DNA from: Candidatus Collierbacteria bacterium RIFOXYD2_FULL_45_13
GTDB lineage: Bacteria > Patescibacteriota > Microgenomatia > UBA1400 > MFAQ01
Assembly (NCBI GenBank): GCA_001774685.1
Contig: MFAS01000001.1
Span: forward strand, 287,557-351,556
Reading direction: 5' to 3'
DNA length: 64,000 bases
Shown piece after piece: positions 47,101-55,329 of this stretch. A program made the translations under genes and the position numbers. A model generated the notes under the pieces. It was not told where the DNA came from, did no database searches, and worked only from the letters and a program-made list of their open reading frames with translations. How positions within the stretch are numbered: position 1 is the stretch's first letter; each line of letters begins with the position of its first letter.

Positions 47101-49415
47101 TAGATCCGGACATTATTGTTTCTTATCAGTCTCATCAATATCCCCTTGACGCCTCGGGAGCCGAGGGTGGTGGTTGTTTCCTGCCGGGTACCACCATTCT
47201 CATGGGCAACGGACAGGTGAAAAATATTGAAGATGTTGTCGTTGGCGATACGATCAAAACGCTCCAAAGTCCATCTTCGACCAAAACAGTCAGCGCCAAG
47301 GTTGTCAGAGTATTTCAGCATCAAGTATTCGGGTATCTCATCATCAATGATCGGCTAAGAGTTACCGCCGAGCACAACCTCTACATCAACGGCCGCTTTA
47401 TGACGGCAGGAGAAGTCAAGACGGGTGATTTTTATCTTGACTCACACGGAAATTATCAGAAAATTTATTCCATCGAATCTCGATCGGGTATACACACTGT
47501 CTATAACTTTACCGTCGACAAACTTAGCACTTACATCGCCGACGGTTTTTATGTTCACAACGAAAAAGGCCGCGAACTTTTTGTCGACAATGCCTATTTT
47601 GGCAGCGTCCGCACCGGCAGTGATGGACAAGCCAGTCTGGAAGTCAAGCTTCCGGACAATCTTACTTCATGGAGGATCACTTCGCAGGGAGTAACTGGAG
47701 ATCTAAAAGCAGGCGCAAGCTCTAACCTTTTGGTAGTCAAACAACCCTTTTTTGTCGATGCGGTTATGAATACTGAGTACTTAGTGGGGGAGCGGCCTGA
47801 GATCTCAGTCCGCGCTTATGGAGAAGGTCTGTCGGCGGGAGATCGGGTCGCCTTTCGGATTCAATCACCCACTCTGGGTATAGACAAAAATGTAAATGCT
47901 CAAGCCTTCGAAAACATCCGGGTAGATCTGGGGGCCCTAAAAGAAGGATCACACAGTCTCACTATATCCGGTAGCTCTGGTAGCCATGCAGACAAATTAA
48001 TCAGAAAGATTTCTGTGCTTAAATCACGTCTCAAAATGGTCAAAGCCACCGGTATCACTTTATCCGAGGACACCAAGCCGGAAGGTTCTACCGATTCTCC
48101 CACCACCTTGATTTTTTCCGACAAAAGTCTAGGCCGTTTCTTTCCTCCTCTGTCTAATTTGGCCTACACCTGGGGAGACCGTTTGGATCAGCGCTTGGCC
48201 CGGACACTTTCCGGAGAAATTATCAAAAGAACTTTCGATGAGACCATCACTCCGGAAAAACTAGACTTGGCACCTTACCAAACTCCGGATGGCGGTTTTG
48301 CCCTCTTCCCCTACTCCGGGTCGGACTTGGAGCTCTCTGCCTTTGTCGCCGCACTTGCCCAAAGTAAGATTGACTTCGTCGGTTTAGGTAACTATTTTTA
48401 CCGTGAACTAGCTAAAGCCAAAGATGTCGACACCGCTTCCACGTCTCTTTTTGGTCTGGCTAGTTTGGACGAGCCGGCTCTCTTACTCATCGATAATCTC
48501 TCCGTAGCCAAGAATCTTACCTCGTTGTCTCGGATATTTTTGGGATTGGCTCAGGCTAAAATCGGGGATACCGAGAAAGCCCGGCTCACCTATCAAGCTC
48601 TACTTTCAGATTTTTCTGTCAAACAAGACAACTTTACGTATATAAAGATTGGTTCGGATAAAGATAGTCAGCTTCAGGCCACCGCCCTCATGGCTGCCCT
48701 CGCTTCAATGCTGGGAGAACCGGAAACAGATAGTCTCCTGGGTTACACCCTCGCCAACAACGGCAAAGACATCCTTATGGTTTCCTCACAGCTGCTCACT
48801 ATTTCTCACCAAATTCAAAACATCAAACCACAGCCCGTTTCTTTTGCCTATACTCTGAATGGGAAAAAAGAGGCCAAGACTCTTGTAAAGGGTCAAGTCT
48901 TTAAGCTGGAGTTATCACCCAAAGAACTTTCTCAGATATCTTTTAGCGATCTGAAGGGCGATATTGGTCTGAGTTCGACCTTTACAACAGTTCTTGATCC
49001 GAAGATAGCTAATGTCAGTCAATCTGTAAAATTGGGTAGAACTTATTCTGTTCGTGGAGCTATCACCAATACTTTTTCTAGCGCCGATCTGGTTCGGGTT
49101 TCTTTGCCGGTTACATATGCAGCTATTACTCAAGATGGCTGTTACCAAGTCTCAGATCTGCTCCCCTCTGGCTTAAGACCCATCACTTCCGTTTATAGTT
49201 TCGGGCTTGATACCGGCAATGTCTGGTACCCGTACGAAATCAATGGGCAAAAGATTAGTTTCTGCATTGGCAAGGAAAACAAAAGCGATACCATCAACTA
49301 CTACGCCCGGGTCATCTCATCCGGAGACTTCCGTGCCGAAAGTGCTTTGATTCAATCGTTAATTTCGCCATCGGTTTTCAATCTCTCTCCCTCTGGGTCC
49401 GTAAGCGTCAAATGA
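44199..49415 (+). CDS. alpha-2-macroglobulin-like large envelope protein (1738 aa, N-terminal TM anchor, apparently no CxEQ thioester) with an inserted Hint/BIL domain
   Basis: N-terminal signal-anchor. LPDNLTSWRITSQ (A2M-family PDxxTxW motif). YQTPDGGFALFPYSGSDLELSAFVAALA (TED-domain-like QxxDGxF...LTAxVL pattern). No CLEQ/CGEQ thioester seen. Internal 129-aa Hint domain. Confidence 0.55.
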   Translation: MGKIKTFLGSLRPWQLFGILFASVGLLVSVILASQYLQRSAKLKLGSTSGLLLTADRQDSLGTFQDSTFTLKSDQDLTVASLKNSVIFFPEIDFDIREVNPRQFSISPKTLLKNNSLYRIKILAEQKTFSWAFQTKNDFRVIQTLPRDQANYVPLNSGIEITFSHDNWADIGLKEGNFEITPAVDGRFERHKRTLSFVSKGLTPGTLYTIKIKKGLKLNGTTETLKEDFVFRFETQPSNVGQTLGFARNFYEFSPSETPAFDIYTSASGGGDLSVQVYQYSGFSGFNSDFNTLLSIPSWAYNSLHSKRLPVTSLTKVLDFHTPIHQQTYTNFFLFPQTLPKGYYLVESNLGSVSTQALVQITDISAYLSSSGTKTLVWVNDIESKKPISGAKINFGGKVQETGSEGVAYFDTPQSQIDEPSAITVSYGDSHLLLPPKNSGNYYYSKYQQTRRVLDKYWSYFYTDRPVYLPIDSVKFWGLLRDRDNLSQKQKFTLEVTRSDYTGWDFNPIILFTKDFETSDLGTFTGEVPLSGFNPGWYGIALKMGDSVVMSSSFTVATYTKPAYRLTLQSSKKAAIIGETISFTGQATFFEGSPVPGMNLKYTSRDTKGSVTTDSLGRFSFSQVASMRPSFVNYSPEYTYLFLRPSQMEEGDIQADVSVAVFNSSLAFNSMKSESKGNIGRVELDLRQVDTSRFVPYTSLDNFTPAPGRTVTGTLMENQWNRREVGTYYDFINKVTSPRYEYDRIQNKIADISLTTDTNGKAVYEFPVAEGKSYNVIFRASDDQSRTTTQDIYVSGSADNYPRNNYVFLKSDKSGFNDPFAIGEPVNLTVMRGESPMSSTDSDKFLYLFAQRGIKSFQISDDSNISFKFSDAFIPNISVRAIRFTGKTYEVSEGLNLMFDSSAKKLSLDVTMDKSSYLPGSTARLSVLSKDSHGSPVPAEVNLSFLDEAYNAINPVTVDPLARIFSSLDPDIIVSYQSHQYPLDASGAEGGGCFLPGTTILMGNGQVKNIEDVVVGDTIKTLQSPSSTKTVSAKVVRVFQHQVFGYLIINDRLRVTAEHNLYINGRFMTAGEVKTGDFYLDSHGNYQKIYSIESRSGIHTVYNFTVDKLSTYIADGFYVHNEKGRELFVDNAYFGSVRTGSDGQASLEVKLPDNLTSWRITSQGVTGDLKAGASSNLLVVKQPFFVDAVMNTEYLVGERPEISVRAYGEGLSAGDRVAFRIQSPTLGIDKNVNAQAFENIRVDLGALKEGSHSLTISGSSGSHADKLIRKISVLKSRLKMVKATGITLSEDTKPEGSTDSPTTLIFSDKSLGRFFPPLSNLAYTWGDRLDQRLARTLSGEIIKRTFDETITPEKLDLAPYQTPDGGFALFPYSGSDLELSAFVAALAQSKIDFVGLGNYFYRELAKAKDVDTASTSLFGLASLDEPALLLIDNLSVAKNLTSLSRIFLGLAQAKIGDTEKARLTYQALLSDFSVKQDNFTYIKIGSDKDSQLQATALMAALASMLGEPETDSLLGYTLANNGKDILMVSSQLLTISHQIQNIKPQPVSFAYTLNGKKEAKTLVKGQVFKLELSPKELSQISFSDLKGDIGLSSTFTTVLDPKIANVSQSVKLGRTYSVRGAITNTFSSADLVRVSLPVTYAAITQDGCYQVSDLLPSGLRPITSVYSFGLDTGNVWYPYEINGQKISFCIGKENKSDTINYYARVISSGDFRAESALIQSLISPSVFNLSPSGSVSVK
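47175..47561 (+). other. Hint (intein-like/BIL) domain embedded in the large protein: CFLPGTTILMGNG...TAEHNLY...VYNFTVD...YIADGFYVHN, followed by Glu (non-canonical +1)
   Basis: Block A starts with Cys. Block B TAEHNLY (TxxH). Blocks F/G end in HN. 129 aa with no endonuclease domain. The +1 residue is E rather than C/S/T. Confidence 0.7.
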
Positions 49416-51097
49416 AAACCGGGTGGGGATCAATTTCCTTCACACTTGTTCTTCTTTGTGTATTATTGGCCGTCTATTTTTCCGACCGTCAACCCAAGAA
49501 TCCAATATCACAATCACCAACATTTTCTACTGAGTTTGCCTATGACAATCGGACTTTTCTCCCCGCGGTTTTTCAAAACCCGTCTCCTCCCAAAGGCTCG
49601 GCTCCTTCCGTCATGGTTATTCCTCATCATCTAACCGCTTCAAATCTTATCGCCGGAGGCATCTCCTTACTTACCGCCGACCCGCCGGGGACAATTATTA
49701 TTTTGTCACCGAATCACGCCGACACCGGTCAATGCGATATTGTTTCATCATCAAATAGTTGGGACACCCCATACGGGCAGGTCCCTGTGGACCAAAAGTT
49801 ACTTGATTTATTTGTCAGATACGGCACTGTCTGTTTGGACAATCTGGCCATTGTGCCCGAACATGGTCTTGCCGGACTAATGCCTTTTCTTGCGTATTAC
49901 CTGCCAAATACCCAAGTTGTTCCTTTTGCTCTCAAGAAGAACCTCGATCCGGCTTTGCTCGATAGTTTTATCAGACAACTGATTACTGTCTCACCAGCCA
50001 CCGCCATTATTGCTTCTATTGATTTCTCCCACGGCCTAACTCACGACCAAGCCAAGCAGAGTGACACTCAAACTGAAAATTATATATACAACCACAACTA
50101 TCCGGCCATCGAAAAGTTATCATCGGAGTATCTCGACTCTCCGGCCTCCCTGATATCAGCTCTGAAGATTATTAGTGCGAGATCTCTTTCCCCCGAGGTT
50201 CTGGTCCACACCGATTCGTTCGCCTTTAATCAAATTCCCGACTCGGTCACATCATATTTCTTAATCACCGGTGTCAGTTCTGTATCACCTTCAGACCCCA
50301 TCACCATCCTCTTCGGTGGTGACGTTATGCTTGGTCGGTCAGTCGATACCCGGATCGCCAAAAACCACGATCCTGCTTGGCCATTTAAGAACATCTCCGG
50401 CATCCTAAGTGATGCCGATTTAACCTTCGTAAACTTAGAATCACCCTTTGGTTCTGAGTGTAACTCTACCGACACAGGTATGGTTTTTTGCGCCAATCCA
50501 GCTTCCGTCAAAGGCTTAGTTGATTCAGGCGTAGACTTGGTTGGTCTCGCCAACAACCATATCGATAATCAAGGCAAAAACGGTTTCGACCTCACCGTTT
50601 CCATTCTTAACCAAAACGGTATTGCCCCCGTTGGATTAGGGCAACCGGTATTCAAATCCGTCAAGAACAGCAAGATCGCTTTTCTAGCCTTCAATGATAT
50701 ACCTCCCAATTTTTCGGAGGTTTCTATGGCTTCACCGAATAATATTTCCGGTCAAATAGCCATCGCCAGATCGTCGGCAGATATTGTCATCGCCTCTTTC
50801 CACTGGGGCAATGAATATAGCCATCGGTCACTTCATCAGGAGGAGCTCGCTCATATGGCTATTGATTCTGGTGCTGACGTTGTCATCGGTCACCATCCTC
50901 ACTGGGTTCAGGAAATAGAAACTTACAAGGGAAAACCTGTTTACTACTCCTTGGGAAACTTGGTTTTCGATCAAATGTGGTCGGAAGAAACCAGAAATGG
51001 CTTAGTCGTTAAGCTAACTTTCTCAGGTAATACCCTGGTCAGTCAAGAACAGGTTCCTATCAAGATCGTCGATTATGGTCAGCCCGTTCCCTTATAA
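49412..51097 (+). CDS. fusion protein: N-terminal TM, Memo-like (AmmeMemoRadiSam system protein B-like) domain, C-terminal CapA/PgsA-like metallophosphatase domain
   Basis: C-half: LFGGDVMLGR...ANNHIDNQG...HWGNEY...GHHPHWVQ (CapA/PGA_cap family). N-half: VIPHHLTAS..SPNHAD..FSHGL (Memo-like His ligands; weaker). ATGA overlap with the upstream giant gene. Confidence 0.55.
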   Translation: MKTGWGSISFTLVLLCVLLAVYFSDRQPKNPISQSPTFSTEFAYDNRTFLPAVFQNPSPPKGSAPSVMVIPHHLTASNLIAGGISLLTADPPGTIIILSPNHADTGQCDIVSSSNSWDTPYGQVPVDQKLLDLFVRYGTVCLDNLAIVPEHGLAGLMPFLAYYLPNTQVVPFALKKNLDPALLDSFIRQLITVSPATAIIASIDFSHGLTHDQAKQSDTQTENYIYNHNYPAIEKLSSEYLDSPASLISALKIISARSLSPEVLVHTDSFAFNQIPDSVTSYFLITGVSSVSPSDPITILFGGDVMLGRSVDTRIAKNHDPAWPFKNISGILSDADLTFVNLESPFGSECNSTDTGMVFCANPASVKGLVDSGVDLVGLANNHIDNQGKNGFDLTVSILNQNGIAPVGLGQPVFKSVKNSKIAFLAFNDIPPNFSEVSMASPNNISGQIAIARSSADIVIASFHWGNEYSHRSLHQEELAHMAIDSGADVVIGHHPHWVQEIETYKGKPVYYSLGNLVFDQMWSEETRNGLVVKLTFSGNTLVSQEQVPIKIVDYGQPVPL

Positions 51098-52033
51098 GAC
51101 CTGGCCCCTAAAATACTCAATTGTCTTCGCCAGTCCCTCTCTAAGAGCTACTTTTGGCTTCCACCCAAGTGATTTTTCTGCCAAAGAAATATTTGGCCTT
51201 CTAACTTTTGGATCATCACCCGGAATCGGCCGGAACGCCGTTTTGCTAGTTGATTCCGGAATCATTTCCAAGACCACCCGAGCTAGCTCTTTCATAGTAA
51301 ATTCGTCAGGGTTACCTATATTCACTGGTCCTATAAACCCATCTTTATTTTCCATCATCAGTGTCATTCCTTCGATCAAGTCGCTCACATACTGGAAACT
51401 TCTTGTCTGGGTACCGTCACCATAGATGGTGATTTCTCTATTGGTCAAAGCTTCCACGATGAAACTGCTGACTACCCGGCCATCATTTGGATCCATATTT
51501 GGACCATAAGTATTAAAAATACGGATCAACCTTATCGGTGTTTGGTATTTTCTGAAAAAATCCATGCAAATAGTTTCCGCAGCCCGCTTTCCTTCGTCAT
51601 AGCAGGACCTGATACCACACGGGTTCACATTCCCCCAGTAACTTTCTTTTTGCGGGTGCTCCAAAGGATCTCCGTAGACTTCGGAGGTGGATGCTTGGAG
51701 TACCGGTATATTTCCGTTTTTTCGTGATAGCTCCAGTATGTTATTCATTCCAAGGACAGAAGTTCTCCAGGTAAAGACTGGATCTTTTTGATATGCCGGA
51801 GGAGAAGCGGGACATGCCAGGTTATATATCCTATCCAAACCATTAATCTCCATCGGTGCAGTAATATCCTCTTCAATTACTTGAAAATTAGAGTCACCCA
51901 GAAGGTCGGCAATGTTTTGTCTTCTGCCAGTAAAAAAATTATCCACACAAAGCACCTCATTGTTTTCATCCAGAAGTCTTTTACATAGATGAGACCCCAA
52001 AAACCCCGCGCCCCCGGTTACCAATATTTTCAT
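51092..52033 (-). CDS. UDP-glucuronate decarboxylase / UDP-xylose synthase-like NAD-dependent epimerase/dehydratase
   Basis: TGGAGFLGSHL Rossmann motif, YxxxK context, high overall resemblance to UXS-type SDRs. 313 aa. Confidence 0.8.
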   Translation of the reverse strand: MKILVTGGAGFLGSHLCKRLLDENNEVLCVDNFFTGRRQNIADLLGDSNFQVIEEDITAPMEINGLDRIYNLACPASPPAYQKDPVFTWRTSVLGMNNILELSRKNGNIPVLQASTSEVYGDPLEHPQKESYWGNVNPCGIRSCYDEGKRAAETICMDFFRKYQTPIRLIRIFNTYGPNMDPNDGRVVSSFIVEALTNREITIYGDGTQTRSFQYVSDLIEGMTLMMENKDGFIGPVNIGNPDEFTMKELARVVLEMIPESTSKTAFRPIPGDDPKVRRPNISLAEKSLGWKPKVALREGLAKTIEYFRGQVL

Positions 52034-52101
52034 TTCTCTATTCTAGACCATCATTACTTGATTTTGCATATTTTCAAAACACTGGTATACATATAGTTAG
52101 T

Positions 52102-53250
52102 ATGAAATATTTCAACCGGCTATCAGCCATTCTCCTTTCTGCTTTGTTATTTTCTTTCACCCTCATCTTTCCGGCGCACGCCGTCTACCTGAACTCCGGC
52201 AATCAGCTGGATCTTCCTAAAGATAAAAAAATAAACGAAACCGCCATCATCGCCGCCGGTACTTTAAACATAGACACCGAAATCAACGGTGACCTCTTCT
52301 GTGCAGGCAGAGATATTGTCGTCAATGGAGATATCAAAGGCGATGTGCTTTGTGCAGGGCAGTCCGTCAAAATAAATGGACGAGTCGATGGCAATGTTCG
52401 TATTGCAGCTCAGTTTATCGAGATAAATGGTCAGGTCGGCCGGAATATCACTACTGCCTCTCAAGGCTTGATAGTTTCTAAGTTTGCTTCAATTAAAGGC
52501 GATATTTTCTTTGGGGTCCAAAGTGCTGACCTCAGAGGTACCTTGGGTCGAGACCTGCTCGGTGCCGCCGACCAGCTGACTATTTCCGGGACCCTTATCA
52601 GAAATGCCAAGGTGGCAGCCAGCAAGATATCTTTGGTCGATCCTGCCAAAATTGGCGGGGACTTCGAGTATTACATGGAAAATATTGGAACAGCCTCGGT
52701 CAATCAGCAAAATGTCAAAGGAAGTATCTTAAAACACGAAATTGTCAGAAAGGAAGTCTCCCAAAAAGAAGTAAAGGGTGTCACTATTGCTGCCAAGCTG
52801 ATGGCCCGGCTATTCTGGCTTGTTTCAACTCTATTGTTGGGCTTTACCCTAATCTATTTTCTCAGATCGAGGGTCACTCAGCGCAGTCAGCTAATCACCC
52901 GGAAGCCATTCATCACCGGCTTCGTTGGTTTAGCTGTCCTTATTCTTTCCCCAATCGTCGCGATTCTTCTTTTAATCAGCGTAATTGGAGCCCCCTTGGC
53001 TATCGTCGTTATTCTCGAATACATGTTGTCGCTCATTCTGGCCTCTATTTATCCCACGATTCTCCTCGGTGAATGGGTTATTAAACTGCTTACCAAAAAG
53101 AAGTCTGGCGGTCTGGGCTGGTCGTTATTCGCCGGAGCAGTCACCGTAGGGCTCCTGTTCTTTGTTCCCCTCATCGGCTCCATCGTGGCCTTCATTTTAC
53201 TGTGTTCAGGTTTAGGGTCTATCTTTCTTTCTTACCTTCCAGAGAAATAA
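52102..53250 (+). CDS. membrane protein with signal peptide, bactofilin-like beta-helical repeat region (DUF583-like) and C-terminal multi-TM segment
   Basis: Repeats of INGDL/VNGDIKGDV/INGRVDGNV type (GD-x-x-G/N periodicity). N-terminal signal, 3-4 C-terminal TM helices. Confidence 0.4.
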   Translation: MKYFNRLSAILLSALLFSFTLIFPAHAVYLNSGNQLDLPKDKKINETAIIAAGTLNIDTEINGDLFCAGRDIVVNGDIKGDVLCAGQSVKINGRVDGNVRIAAQFIEINGQVGRNITTASQGLIVSKFASIKGDIFFGVQSADLRGTLGRDLLGAADQLTISGTLIRNAKVAASKISLVDPAKIGGDFEYYMENIGTASVNQQNVKGSILKHEIVRKEVSQKEVKGVTIAAKLMARLFWLVSTLLLGFTLIYFLRSRVTQRSQLITRKPFITGFVGLAVLILSPIVAILLLISVIGAPLAIVVILEYMLSLILASIYPTILLGEWVIKLLTKKKSGGLGWSLFAGAVTVGLLFFVPLIGSIVAFILLCSGLGSIFLSYLPEK

Positions 53251-53271
53251 GAACCGGTCCGGATACGAAAA

Positions 53272-53292
53272 AGCCCCGACTTGGTCGGGGCT
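53272..53292 (-). terminator. intrinsic terminator for the minus-strand gene (agccccgac/gtcggggct + TTTTT on minus)
   Basis: 9-bp stem, 3-nt loop. The T-run is only on the minus-strand reading. Confidence 0.55.
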
Positions 53293-53298
53293 AGTAAG

Positions 53299-53679
53299 TT
53301 AGATTTCGCCAACGCCTGTTTCACTCTCTTCCATGATCCTTTTCAACTTTACGATGAAGCCGTCCTGAACCTCTCCCTCCTTGGAACCTTCTGTGTCAAA
53401 ACCAATGGGGTGATATCCTTTGGACGAATACCACACCAAATACGCCTTTGGTTTTTCACGACCATTTGTTCTGACTCTGATCGACTCTATGAGATTACCC
53501 AAACGGACCGCATCCATAAAATCGGGGCAAGGACGGTAATTATGCTCGTTAATGAAATGAAATATTAAACTATGCACCAAGTATTTATACTCATGTCCAT
53601 GTGCTTCAATTATTATCTCGACCTCACCATAACCGCTATTGTCCACAGCCATGTTGCATTTTGGACACGTTTGGTTCAC
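53299..53679 (-). CDS. hypothetical protein (126 aa) with N-terminal CxxC
   Basis: MNQTCPKCNM.. Terminated by the hairpin at 53272-53292. Confidence 0.45.
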   Translation of the reverse strand: MNQTCPKCNMAVDNSGYGEVEIIIEAHGHEYKYLVHSLIFHFINEHNYRPCPDFMDAVRLGNLIESIRVRTNGREKPKAYLVWYSSKGYHPIGFDTEGSKEGEVQDGFIVKLKRIMEESETGVGEI

Positions 53680-53794
53680 GTCTCACCTCCAAGAATTTAA
53701 AAGTATTACTACGTGAGCATTGTATCACTTGTAATCGTTATCAAATTGTCTATACTTAAATTTATCTCGGTAGCATTATTATTTTGTTTAGAGT

Positions 53795-54910
53795 ATGAAA
53801 AAACAAAAGACAATTGTTTCGGCTTTTCTCCTACTAATTGGTTTGATCATCGTCTTCGGCGTCGCCCTCCTTCTCCAAAAAGGTAATTTCAACGACCAAA
53901 GCCGAGCTTCCACCGGTACCGTAATGCTCGGTAAGCTCATCACTGTCACCGATCGTTCTTGTACCAAATGTGTCGAGCAGTGTCCCGGTGCAGACAATGT
54001 CCTCCGCAACTGTCACCCCATGGAGTCGGACGGTACTTCTATGGAAAGCACCTGCAATGTTGCCGGCCGTATCGAATTCTGTGGTACCAAGTCATTCTGT
54101 TGTCCCAGCCCGGGTGGCAAGTGGACCACCGATCTCACCAAGTGTCCCGGTGGCGCACCCAAAGTCATGACCCCTGTTTCTTACCGACTTCTTAAAGATG
54201 GTGGCGTATGTACTTCCATCATTGTTTCCAAGACATTAGCCGATCCACTGGTTGGCAAAAAAGTCATTGCTACAGGGTCTCTTGAAGAACCATATTTCTA
54301 TGCTACCGAGCTTGTTCAGAACACCTGTGTTCAGCAATGCCCCGGTAAAGACAACGTTCTTCGTAACTGTACTCCTCCGGAAGCCGACGGTACTTCAGAA
54401 GATAGCACTTGCAACGTCGCTGGCCGTTCAGCCTCCTGTGGCGGTACTCAGTTCTGTTGCCCCAAGCCAGGTGCCAAGTGGACCAAGGATATGGCACAGT
54501 GTCCCACCACATCTACTACCCCCACCAAGACACCCACTCCTACACCGACCAAGACTCCTACACCCACAACCACTGCAACCCCGACACCGACAACTACCAC
54601 CAACACTCCTCCTACCGTATCCACAGCTTCACTTCCCACGGGTAACGTGGGGAGGACTTATTCCGCAGCTGTGACAGCGAATGATCCAAATAAAACAGAT
54701 AGGTTAAATATTACTTTTTTCGGATTACCCGCCGGTTTAGTTCCCGGACCTTGTGGTGGAGCCGTAAACAGTGGTCAAATAACTTGCTATATTTCCGGCA
54801 CGCCAACTACTGCCGGGTACTATAAGGTAGGTATTACTGCTACCGATGATCACGGAGGAGCCACTAGCACGTCACTTCCTTTGTCCATTGTTAGTGTAGT
54901 CAGGCAGTAA
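53795..54910 (+). CDS. secreted protein: signal peptide, two tandem 8-Cys modules, Thr/Pro-rich linker, C-terminal putative Ig-like (He_PIG-like) domain
   Basis: Repeated CxxQCPGxDNVLRNCxPxExDGTSxxSTCNVAGRxxxCGxxxFCCPxPGxKWTxDxxxCP module twice. TPTPTKTPTPT linker. LPTGNVGRTYSAAVTANDP...LPAGL...GTPTTAGYY..TATDDHG resembles a putative-Ig domain. Confidence 0.55.
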   Translation: MKKQKTIVSAFLLLIGLIIVFGVALLLQKGNFNDQSRASTGTVMLGKLITVTDRSCTKCVEQCPGADNVLRNCHPMESDGTSMESTCNVAGRIEFCGTKSFCCPSPGGKWTTDLTKCPGGAPKVMTPVSYRLLKDGGVCTSIIVSKTLADPLVGKKVIATGSLEEPYFYATELVQNTCVQQCPGKDNVLRNCTPPEADGTSEDSTCNVAGRSASCGGTQFCCPKPGAKWTKDMAQCPTTSTTPTKTPTPTPTKTPTPTTTATPTPTTTTNTPPTVSTASLPTGNVGRTYSAAVTANDPNKTDRLNITFFGLPAGLVPGPCGGAVNSGQITCYISGTPTTAGYYKVGITATDDHGGATSTSLPLSIVSVVRQ

Positions 54911-54935
54911 AAAGACTGATATCTCCTGTATTTTG

Positions 54936-54995
54936 TCGGGGTACTCAGAATTGAACTGAGATCGCGCGCACCCCATGCGCGCATACTGCCGTTAT
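54936..54995 (-). other. duplicated 3' fragment (60 nt, positions about 12-73) of tRNA-Pro; identical to the intact copy 190 bp away
   Basis: Exact 60/60 match to 55126-55185 including anticodon arm, T-arm and 3' acceptor strand. Lacks the 5' acceptor/D-stem. Confidence 0.55.
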
Positions 54996-55026
54996 TTCCT
55001 AGCATCATAACGAAGTTATGAGCGGA

Positions 55027-55097
55027 AATAAGAGGAAGCGCAGGAAGTACTTTTCAATAACTAAGTTATTGAAAGGATGACGAGCAAGCTCTTATAC
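55027..55097 (+). repeat. structured repeat element B copy 1 (closing stem ATAAGAG/CTCTTAT, inner hairpin caataac-taa-gttattg)
   Basis: Shares ATAAGAGGAAGCRCAGG...GACGAGCAAGCTCTTATAC with copy 2. The inner hairpin differs in sequence but keeps its pairing. Confidence 0.5.
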
Positions 55098-55125
55098 TAA
55101 AACCGAGAGTCTTTCGACCATTTAG

Positions 55126-55196
55126 TCGGGGTACTCAGAATTGAACTGAGATCGCGCGCACCCCATGCGCGCATACTGCCGTTATACTATACCCCG
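55126..55196 (-). tRNA. tRNA-Pro (anticodon GGG), 71 nt, no encoded CCA
   Basis: Minus-strand fold: acceptor CGGGGTA/TACCCCG (7/7 WC), D-arm GTAT/GTAT (2 WC + 2 GU) with GG in the loop, anticodon stem CGCGC/GCGCG with loop AUGGGGU (U33, GGG, G37), variable CGAT, T-arm CTCAG-TTCAATT-CTGAG, discriminator A. Confidence 0.6.
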
Positions 55197-55259
55197 AAAT
55201 GTACTCATTCGGGGTAGAGTTACTATATCCAGCCGATAATATAGTTATCGGCGCCAGAT

Positions 55260-55329
55260 ATAAGAGGAAGCACAGGCTGCCATTTCGATAATGACTATTA
55301 TCGAAAGAAAGACGAGCAAGCTCTTATAC
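55260..55329 (+). repeat. structured repeat element B copy 2 (same closing stem; inner hairpin tttcgataat-gac-attatcgaaa)
   Basis: Conserved flanks as in copy 1. A 10-bp perfect inner stem replaces the 7-bp stem of copy 1 (compensatory change). Confidence 0.5.

Noticed and set aside
54935-54975. tmRNA-like 5' end (GGGGTACTCAGAATTGAAC resembles GGGGCUGAUUCUGGAUUCGAC)
   Set aside because: On the opposite strand the same bases form the T-arm and 3' acceptor of a tRNA-Pro. No tag-peptide reading frame or tmRNA 3' tRNA-like domain is on the same strand.
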